Below, one piece after another: positions 10,990 through 19,900 of a stretch of DNA of 64,000 nt. The first letter of the stretch is position 1, and each line of letters starts with the position of its first letter. The DNA is from an uncultured marine group III euryarchaeote (GTDB lineage Archaea; Thermoplasmatota; Poseidoniia; MGIII; CG-Epi1): positions 19,048-83,047 of the forward strand of contig CACALG010000001.1 of NCBI GenBank assembly GCA_902533295.1, in the 5' to 3' direction. The position numbers were made by a program, and so were the translations under genes. Below the pieces are notes generated by a model. The model ran no database searches, was not told the DNA's origin, and saw only the letters and a program-made list of their open reading frames with translations.

Positions 10990-13900
10990 TTAAACCTTAA
11001 CTTGAAATTGTTGCCCAGGCTGTAATCCAGCAGGTATTGCAACAGTTACAACACGACCATCTGGTGCCTTAATTTGAATCTGCTGTCCTGGTTGTGCTCC
11101 AGCAGGTACTGCTACATTCAGAACGGTTCCTCCAGGAGCTGGTGCAGGCGGAGCTGCAGGTTCAGGGGCAGGTGGTTGTTCTGGAACTGGTGCAGGAGGT
11201 GCTGCTGCAGGTTCAGGGACTGGTGGTTGTTCTGGAACTGGTGCAGGAGGTGCTGCTGCAGGTTCAGGGACTGGTGGTTGTTCTGGAATTGGTGCAGGAG
11301 GTGCTGCTGGTGGTTGCTCAGTTATTGGAGGTGCAGCAGGCGGTTGTTCTGGTAATTCACCACCGAAAGCATCCAGTGAATCTCCAGAAGACTTAGATCT
11401 AGAATAGAAAAAGTATCCAGCTCCAGCTCCAACTAATACTACAGCTCCTGCCCCGGCTAAAACGATTGGATTAAATGATTCTGATGATCCTCCCCCTGTA
11501 ACTTCACTTTCTTTGAGTGTTCCTGAAACAGCTATTTTTACGATTTCAGAATCATCATTTAGAGCATCCTGTGGGCCCAATGCAGGTATTACACTATCTC
11601 TGTTAATTCTAACTTTTAGAGTTAGTTCACCATCATAAGGATCTGGTAATATATGTATTATTTGAACTTCAAGTGAACCAAAACCATCTATTGTAAAGTT
11701 TCCATCATTACCAGGATAAGTATCATCGTCCAAAGTGACTACAGAACCAAATTCTAACAATTCAAGAGTTCCACTAGCTGAAGCTCCCCCTTCGTTTGCC
11801 AAAAATATTTTTAGAGTAACCTCATCTCCTTCGCCAGCATTCATAGGAATTGCCATGAGACTTGTGATTGCGAGACTTGGTGGAGTGGAAATTTCCACTC
11901 TATTATTTGTATCAGAGAAAATAAGTTCCTCTGAATCCCAAAATTGCTCTCCACTATTTTTAGCATTGATATCTCTGATTGATAACTCAAATGTCCAGAA
12001 GCCTGTAAAATCAGAATTTCCACCAGATAGGAAAGAAACTGAAGGATAATTCTCATTAAAAGTGATTATTGTCTCTTCATTAGCAGGTAATTCTATGGAA
12101 CCATAACTGTCAACAATACCTGCAAAATTAACTTGGAGGTCTTTTCCAGATTTTGTAAGGCTAATTTCAGCATTTGCAGTTACATCAAAAGAACCTTCAT
12201 TCATTACATGGATTTTTGCATAAGCAATTGAACCATCACTAAATGAGACAAGTTCATTGCCATTCTCATCCTCCCAAACAATCTGAGTAACTATCAAATT
12301 AGGCAATTTTTTAATATCAATATCAACTTCTTCATCAAACAGTACACCTTCTTCAGAATCTTCTAACATTATATACAATTTTTCTACATTAGCAGTAGGT
12401 GTGATCTCTCCTTGGAAAGTTTTTGTCTCATCTACATCAACTTTTGTTTGAGGCTCAATAGTTATGATATTGTCTTCATCATCACTATCATCCCAATACA
12501 AAGTAGTTGTAATCTCTCCATATTTTTCACCATCATTCTCAATTTCTAAACTCCATGTATTCGCTATTCCTTCAACAAGCATATCTCCAAATTCAATATT
12601 GTAAGTAATATCGGGAGATGCAGATGAAACCAATATTGATTGTGAAACACTATCTTCGGCACCCTGACTACTGTCTTCTGGTAAAGAATCTACAATTTCT
12701 GCAGTTATTGTGTGTTCTCCCTCAGGTATATCTCTCCAGGTTGTAGTCACTGTTTTAGATTCCCCTCCTGTTACTCCATCTATATTAGCTGTAGCAATCA
12801 AATCCCCTCCATTTCTGAATTCTACGGTTACTCTTGCATCACCTTCCCCGTCATTTGATATGACTGCTGAAATAATTACATCATTACCTTCCACTAATTC
12901 TCCGGAAAATGATAGATCATCTATTGATAAATCTGCATCAGTAGTCAAGATATTTAGATCAGTAAGTTTTACTCTTCCAGGAGTTTCAGAATTTAATTTT
13001 AGTATTGCTTCAGCTTCCAAATCATCACTATTCTCTATCACTGCATTAAGTGCACTGACTAGCCCATTTGTACTGACGTGAATCACGGCATCATATTCAA
13101 TACTCAATTCACTAAAACCTACAGTACCTTTAGATGAACTACCCACAGTCATTACAATTTCAGTCATTTCTACACCATATTCATCAACAATAGTGTCACC
13201 ATTGTCTATTGCATCTTGTAATGCTTCTTGTAGGGCATTTTTCAAAGATTTTATTCCACCGGATTCACCCCATGTTTGCGGAGAATTTTCACTGTTTAAT
13301 TCACCAGCCCATTCCCAATCATTATTATTTGTAATTTTAATGTATGGATCCTCTGGGTAATCATCACTAAGAGTGCTTCTTACATAGATATTTTTGTCCG
13401 TATCCTCGCCACCAGAAATATCTGTTTCTTCAGTAAATGCAAAGTATGTTTTATCTCCAACTACCATATCCATGCGGTGATATTTTGCAACTAGTTGCTC
13501 ATTGTCATAATCAGTAATCTCGAAGCTGTCAGACCATGAACCTCCATCATCCTGGGTAAAAGCGAAATAGTAATCATACGAGCCTCCGGAAGCATATTGA
13601 TATGAAATATATGTAAAACCAGAACCACTAGCAATACTTGGTAATGCAAGCGTAGTACTAGTATCGGTATCTATTGCAATTGTAACATCGTTCCATGTTT
13701 CTCCATTGTCATTGGATACTGCCCAAACAATATCATAATCACTTGAACCATCTCCATCATAATCTCCACTGTCTACCCAAGCTACATACAATTTTGATCC
13801 TTCAGCACTAATAACGGGAGTATATGAGTAATAAGCAGTTGTTCCTTCATTTAAATAGACTAAATCAGCCCAGGAACTTCCATCAGTACTATATGTGTAA

Positions 13901-16197
13901 TACAAAGATTCACCATATGATGAATCACTCCAAACTAAATGGAATTTTCCTTCATTATATAATATTTCAGGCATATAATTTAGGCCAGTTGTGTCTCCAC
14001 TTACCAGGATAGCATCATCCCATGAGCCACCACCATTAGTTGAACTGACTGTGTAAATATCATATGTATACGTATTTGTCCATGAAGCAACAATATTATT
14101 ATCATCATCTGATGTAATAGTTAAACCATATTTTACTCCCGTGTTTCCACTATCTATTTTTTCAGGTGATGTCCAATCTTTACCATTATTTGTTGATTTT
14201 GTGTAGTAAATTGAGGATACACCAGTATATCCGTTATAATCTGTCCACGCCACATGTACATCATCTCCAGATGCAGTGATATCGGCTCTATATTGTAATG
14301 TTGTTGAAGAATAATCTAAATCTGTAGCATGATCATCATCAAAATTAGAGAGAACACTAAGTTCTTCCCATGATTCTCCACCATCATCCGATCTTGTGAA
14401 ATATACATCACCATCTCTTGTAGACTGATCACAACCGTTTGTGTCATCTTCCTGATCTAAATCACCATTATCAAGATAAACAAGATACAAATAATCATTA
14501 GAGTAAGCGATACTTGGACTACCAGAGTCTGCCTCATAATAATGTTCGGAAATATCCTCTATATCAGACCATGTAGAACCATCATTACTACTAACAGAAT
14601 AAACTATATCTTGGTCGTTTGAAGCACCACTTCCATCATATTCATCTGACCAAACTACAAGAACTTCATCAGAATTTGCAGTGATAGTGGGTGATGCTCT
14701 AAACTCATTCACATCGCCATTACTAATTCCGTCAACATTAACTGGTGAATTCCATGAACTTCCTGAATTCGCACTCCGTACAGACATTATTTTACGTGGA
14801 GAATTAATATCGTCGATATCCATCCATGTCATATAGAAATTATTGCTCCCATCATTGTCAGATCCTAAAAATGAAAAACTGGATCCATCTGCTGCTTGAA
14901 TCACATTTTCAGAACCAAAACTTGTGCCAGAATTAGATGATGTTTTAGATTTTATTGCATAACCATCTCCTGTAAGTTCAAGCCATCCAATAATAACATT
15001 AGATCCTTGTGCAGAAATTGTTGTTTCAGTGACAGTCTCATCTGAACTTATAGTGCCTGGCGAGCCAAAAGTTTCGCCTCCATCTGTAGAACGTGCATAT
15101 TCTGCTGCATAGTAAGATTGAGATTCATAGTATTGTTCCCAGCTGATGTGTACATTGTTTCCGCTAAGGGCTATTTGAGCACCAATACTACTTGAACTAT
15201 CTGCATCTGAAATTAATATTTCATCGTCCCAAGATTGCCCTAAATCATCTGATTTTTGATAATAGATGTGGTATTCATCATTACTACTCTCTTTGAGAGC
15301 AGACCAAACAATATGAATGGTCCCATCACTACTTACAGCTCCATCGTAATCATAGATAATGTAATGCGAACTACCTGGTTCTATTTGCTGTCCAGTAGAC
15401 CATGTTTCTCCCTCATCATCACTATAGGAAGCTTCAATGACTTCACCACCTGTGTCTGATATCCAGGCAATAACGGCATGATCATCATTTGCATGAATGA
15501 GAACATCGCTAAGAATAGCGCTTGTTTCAGCTCCATTTGTAGCAATAAGTACTATATCATCCCAATTACCATCATAATATCTAAACTTAACAGAATCAAT
15601 AGTTGTATCTCTATCGGTCAAGTCTCCATCATCAATCCATGCTACATAGTAATCATCATCTAGCATAGATACTACTGGTGCACTCGAAGTAGAACCGCCA
15701 TTTGTGCCTATTGAGGCTTTATTATAGTCATTTAATTCACCAGATCCATAAGGTAAACCAGTTATTTTGATAGAGGCCTCATTGATTGTAGTATTCGTAG
15801 GAAGATATAGTGATACCTCTTCTTCACCACTGCCTGCAAACCTTGCGGATGCACCTTTAGCATTACTAGAAAATTTTTCCTGATAGCCTAAAGCCCCATA
15901 TCCAGTTCCATCATATTTCCATTCGTAATTTTTAACACCTAATGATAACCCTTCAGGATATGAACCATCACTATCAGGCATACCTGAAAGGCCAATATTA
16001 GCTTCTAAAACTTCTGTAGCAGGAAATTTAACAGAAACACTAGAATCCTCATTTTCACCATCTAAAGTAACTGTCTTTTCATCACTGCCATTACCTTCTT
16101 TGTAATAGGTTGTTGAGGTTTCCCCAAATACAGATGAAGTACTACTGAGCAAGAGAAGTGTCACGGCGAAAGCCACGACTTTGTTTTCAAACATCAT
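10990..16197 (-). CDS. Giant surface protein (1735 aa): signal peptide, ~12 BNR/Asp-box repeats, CARDB-like Ig domains, one C-terminal TM helix, proline-rich cytoplasmic tail
   Basis: N-terminal AFAVTLLLLSSTSSVFG. There are twelve SxDxGxTW-type boxes (e.g. SDDEGETWS, SDDLGQSWD, SNDNGETWN). CARDB-like segments include ISNDGEGDARVTVEF and VMNEGSFDVTANAEI. The TM helix is IVLAGAGAVVLVGAGAGYFFY, followed by a PEQPP/PAAAPPAP tail. Confidence 0.8.
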   Translation of the reverse strand: MMFENKVVAFAVTLLLLSSTSSVFGETSTTYYKEGNGSDEKTVTLDGENEDSSVSVKFPATEVLEANIGLSGMPDSDGSYPEGLSLGVKNYEWKYDGTGYGALGYQEKFSSNAKGASARFAGSGEEEVSLYLPTNTTINEASIKITGLPYGSGELNDYNKASIGTNGGSTSSAPVVSMLDDDYYVAWIDDGDLTDRDTTIDSVKFRYYDGNWDDIVLIATNGAETSAILSDVLIHANDDHAVIAWISDTGGEVIEASYSDDEGETWSTGQQIEPGSSHYIIYDYDGAVSSDGTIHIVWSALKESSNDEYHIYYQKSDDLGQSWDDEILISDADSSSSIGAQIALSGNNVHISWEQYYESQSYYAAEYARSTDGGETFGSPGTISSDETVTETTISAQGSNVIIGWLELTGDGYAIKSKTSSNSGTSFGSENVIQAADGSSFSFLGSDNDGSNNFYMTWMDIDDINSPRKIMSVRSANSGSSWNSPVNVDGISNGDVNEFRASPTITANSDEVLVVWSDEYDGSGASNDQDIVYSVSSNDGSTWSDIEDISEHYYEADSGSPSIAYSNDYLYLVYLDNGDLDQEDDTNGCDQSTRDGDVYFTRSDDGGESWEELSVLSNFDDDHATDLDYSSTTLQYRADITASGDDVHVAWTDYNGYTGVSSIYYTKSTNNGKDWTSPEKIDSGNTGVKYGLTITSDDDNNIVASWTNTYTYDIYTVSSTNGGGSWDDAILVSGDTTGLNYMPEILYNEGKFHLVWSDSSYGESLYYTYSTDGSSWADLVYLNEGTTAYYSYTPVISAEGSKLYVAWVDSGDYDGDGSSDYDIVWAVSNDNGETWNDVTIAIDTDTSTTLALPSIASGSGFTYISYQYASGGSYDYYFAFTQDDGGSWSDSFEITDYDNEQLVAKYHRMDMVVGDKTYFAFTEETDISGGEDTDKNIYVRSTLSDDYPEDPYIKITNNNDWEWAGELNSENSPQTWGESGGIKSLKNALQEALQDAIDNGDTIVDEYGVEMTEIVMTVGSSSKGTVGFSELSIEYDAVIHVSTNGLVSALNAVIENSDDLEAEAILKLNSETPGRVKLTDLNILTTDADLSIDDLSFSGELVEGNDVIISAVISNDGEGDARVTVEFRNGGDLIATANIDGVTGGESKTVTTTWRDIPEGEHTITAEIVDSLPEDSSQGAEDSVSQSILVSSASPDITYNIEFGDMLVEGIANTWSLEIENDGEKYGEITTTLYWDDSDDEDNIITIEPQTKVDVDETKTFQGEITPTANVEKLYIMLEDSEEGVLFDEEVDIDIKKLPNLIVTQIVWEDENGNELVSFSDGSIAYAKIHVMNEGSFDVTANAEISLTKSGKDLQVNFAGIVDSYGSIELPANEETIITFNENYPSVSFLSGGNSDFTGFWTFELSIRDINAKNSGEQFWDSEELIFSDTNNRVEISTPPSLAITSLMAIPMNAGEGDEVTLKIFLANEGGASASGTLELLEFGSVVTLDDDTYPGNDGNFTIDGFGSLEVQIIHILPDPYDGELTLKVRINRDSVIPALGPQDALNDDSEIVKIAVSGTLKESEVTGGGSSESFNPIVLAGAGAVVLVGAGAGYFFYSRSKSSGDSLDAFGGELPEQPPAAPPITEQPPAAPPAPIPEQPPVPEPAAAPPAPVPEQPPVPEPAAAPPAPVPEQPPAPEPAAPPAPAPGGTVLNVAVPAGAQPGQQIQIKAPDGRVVTVAIPAGLQPGQQFQVKV
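11140..11320 (-). repeat. Tandem 51-bp (17-aa) coding repeat, about 3.5 copies
   Basis: The unit ctggtgcaggaggtgctgctgcaggttcagggactggtggttgttctggaa encodes PEQPPVPEPAAAPPAPV. Two copies are near-perfect and the flanking copies are degenerate. Confidence 0.85.
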
Positions 16198-16248
16198 AAT
16201 CCTAATAAGAAGCTAGTACTTTAATATAGTTTCACTAATGAGAATTAG

Positions 16249-16986
16249 ATGACTGAACAATACCACATGAATTCCCATGAAGGCACATATACTAGGGAAT
16301 TTGAGGCTAAAGTAGAGGCTACATTCCCAGGCATCATCGAACTAGATAAGACTGCATTCTATCCATTGGGAGGGGGCCAACCCTCAGATATTGGAACAAT
16401 AACTTGGAATGAAGGAGATGCAAATGTTACTGATGTGAGGAAAAAAAATCGAATTAGGCACATTGTAGAAGGAGATTTACCAGAAGTTGGAGATTCCATA
16501 AAAGGTAATCTTGACTGGTCACGAAGATATTCACATATGAGAATGCATACTTCTCAACATTTAGTTTCTGCTGTAGTGAATGAAATATATGGTTCAGATA
16601 CCGTAGGAAATCAGATAGGAAATGAGAAGTCTAGAATAGATTTTAAGCCTTTAAAAATAAACCAAACTGAGCTTAATGAAGTAGAGGACAAAGTCAATGA
16701 TTACATATCTAAAGACTTGAAAGTTACTATATCTGAGGAATTACGGTCCAATTTAGAAAATAATCCAGATATCCGTTCAAGTATGTCTAGTGGTCTTTGG
16801 AAAATGTTACCGAAAAGTGTTACAGAATTAAGAGTAATAACCATAGGTGATATCGATGTTTGTCCATGCGCAGGCACTCATGTAAAAAGCTTAAAGGAAA
16901 TAGGTAATGTTTCTTTTATTAAAAGAGATAATAAGGGTTCTGAAAAATTAAGATTAACATATAATCTAGGCGATATCGACTCTTGA
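16249..16986 (+). CDS. alaX: AlaX-type Ala-tRNA editing protein (tRNA synthetase second additional domain)
   Basis: The zinc/editing motifs HTSQHLVS (HxxxH) and CPCAGTHV (CxxxH) sit at the spacing expected for free-standing AlaX. Confidence 0.8.
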   Translation: MTEQYHMNSHEGTYTREFEAKVEATFPGIIELDKTAFYPLGGGQPSDIGTITWNEGDANVTDVRKKNRIRHIVEGDLPEVGDSIKGNLDWSRRYSHMRMHTSQHLVSAVVNEIYGSDTVGNQIGNEKSRIDFKPLKINQTELNEVEDKVNDYISKDLKVTISEELRSNLENNPDIRSSMSSGLWKMLPKSVTELRVITIGDIDVCPCAGTHVKSLKEIGNVSFIKRDNKGSEKLRLTYNLGDIDS

Positions 16987-19900
16987 ATTTGTAAGGCCCT
17001 CTCTGTCCTTTTGTTCATACATCATTTTAATTTCTACAGAAGTTGCAGCATTACTTTTTTGTTGCATTTTTAGTTTAAATTGTACTTCGTTATATGAAGA
17101 TATATCACCCACAATAAACGAGTTATCTGAGAATGAATAATATACATCTGGATCTATACCTACTAATCCTAAGATGCTACTATTGAATTCTGGACTTATT
17201 TTACAACTACTAATAGTTTCAGATGAATAATTACTGAGATTTACGTTCAAAGTTATATTTGTACCGAGTTTTTCGTATGATGATGTAATAACAATTTCTT
17301 TTTCAGTGAAGTAATTGTCAACCATTTCTCTTGTAGATGCAATTGTTTCATCAATTATTGGGTTCAGATAAATTTTTACCTGCTTTACACTCTCGGCATC
17401 TCCATTCCAATTTGCTAGGGTTGGATTAATTGTTTCTATAGCTCTAACGGCATTAATCAGCTTCCCTTTGAACATATTATCTATTTCTCCATAAATTACA
17501 GCAGCAAGATAGGAATGTTCTCCTCTCTGTAGAATGATTTTATTATTACCATAGTCTATGGAACCCAGATCTCCTTCAGTTTGAAATGAGTCTTGAACAA
17601 AATCATTGATTGCTGTGAGCATCCCGCTCATGATATCTGTATCAGTTTTAACTTCAACAGCACTAACATTTCTAAGAAGCCTTCCATCTTTGTAAATTAA
17701 ATATAATTCTTCAACTTTATACTTAGCAATAGGTTTTGATTCAATAATAGATACATTTTCATCTAATTCTTCTTTCCTAGATCGGTATAGTAAAACACCA
17801 CCAAACATTAAGAAAAGAAGACTTATACCTATAGTAGCAGGTAAAATTTCTTTCATTCCAAATTGATCAGTTTCTGTACCTGAGGAACTATATAATTTGA
17901 CTACTTCTTCCATACTTACTGTTTCATTATTAGAATTGCTAATGTGACCGAATTCATCTTCTATTGTGATTCTATAAAAATAATCTCTGTCTGGACTTGG
18001 ATTCTTATGAATCCATTCATAATAACCTTGTTTACAGGAAGTTTCCATACCAACTCCTATTATTTCTTGTGTGAACCATCCACTATCTGAAGCAGGTAAT
18101 TCATCAGCTACCATTTGTACTTTACAAATAGCGGCATCTTCAGGAATAACAAAACCTAAAACCAATTCTGTAGCATTAGTATGCGATATTGCAACATTTG
18201 TAGCTTTCTGAGGGTCCTCTGTAAATACTTCAAAAGTTAAATGAACTCCTGAATAATCAATTTTTATGTTGTTATTACCTGTAATATCCTCAGTTGGTAC
18301 AAAACCTCCATTTGAAGTTCCACCAAATTGAATAGTCTTATTGATTATATCTAAATAATATTCATCTACTAACAATTTATTTTTGTTCATTCCTCTAACT
18401 AATGCTTTTTCATATATTCCATCTAAATCATTATCTACACTAACATTAAACCAATGGATATCATTAATTGCTGGAATATATTTCAAATTGAAACTTTGAT
18501 CATATTGCCCATTGGAACTGAAATATTCAGTAGTATCTAGTGGATTCTCAAGATTGCCTGCAAGATCACGACTTTCAGCATACAGGAAATATCGTGTATT
18601 ATCTTGCAAGTCCTGTAATTTAATTTTATCATCAGAGATATCATGAGGTAATAAATACCAAGTTAATAGATCATTACCTTTCTCTATAGTCTGTATTGCA
18701 ATATATATCTTATAATCTAGATTTAGATTATCTGTATCTATGAAGATTTCTAGATAATCATATCCCCATTTTTGAGGTACATTTGAGAAAGAAATGGTAT
18801 CTACTTTCGATGCATAATTCATTATTATATCATATTCTTCTTTATCCTCACTATTTCCGGCATAATCACTAGCCAGAATTTTAAATGCATAATGACCTAA
18901 TTCATCAAATTCATAAATATAGTGCGTGTCTCCATAAATATTTATTGAATCCAGAGCTGTCCAAGTAACTGAATTAGGATCTAAATTAGCATTTGTAAAA
19001 TTAGAATAGGAAACCTCTAGAGTATTATACGCAATATCATCTGCACTATTCTTCCACGATAAATCTATTTGACTATTGCCTATGAAATAATAATCCTCTT
19101 CAAAATTCAAAAGTTCGGTGGAAGGTATGGATGTATCAATCTTAACTTGATACTCGTAATTATTCTTATTCTCTGTGTTTCCATAAATATCTCTAGCTAA
19201 TGATCTAAACCGATATTCCTTACCATCTTCGCCAGTAAACAATACAATTGATTCTGTAAACGTGCCATATTCTTCCCATTGGGCAAATTTATCATTTACT
19301 ATATACTCAATAATATATTCTTTGAAATCATTATCATCATTCAAAAGAGATATTTGTAACTCAATAGATTCTGAATTAATTAATCCAGTTCCGGGAATTA
19401 TCTCTGATTGTGGTGATGTTGTATCCAATAATGCTAAAAGTGTGTGATTATAGGATAAATTTTTGTATATTTCTACCATAATGTCATTATTATAATAAAT
19501 AATTCTTATGGGATTATAATTAATTTCATTTTGATCGGCAGCTTTGCTAATTACATTTATCATATAATAATCGGAAAAACCATAGTTATCAGTTTGTGAA
19601 TCAACCAGTTTACTTCCAAAAGAATTTTCGATATCAAAACCATGCTCTCTTGAACCAGTGCCCCGCTCATCAGCTATATTAATTTGCAAATTGTAGCGGA
19701 TCAAATAATCAGTATCACGACAATTAAAATCATTGTTTTGTAAAGTAGAATCACTGTCAATTAAGTCCAAACAAAAATCTCCTTCTGAGAATATATTATT
19801 ATCTATTGATATAGTACTATTAAATGAATAAATAGCTTTTTCAAAATCGTTAAAGACATTGTTTAAAATATTTATATCTGATCTATAAGAGCTTACTGAT

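Noticed and set aside
11074-11396. Plus-strand ORFs of 93 and 100 aa with striking internal repeats (WLFWNWCRRCCCRFRD...)
   Set aside because: They are antisense read-through of the 51-bp proline-rich coding repeat of the 1735-aa gene. Their repetitiveness is inherited from the sense strand, and the sense frame is part of a 5.2-kb ORF.
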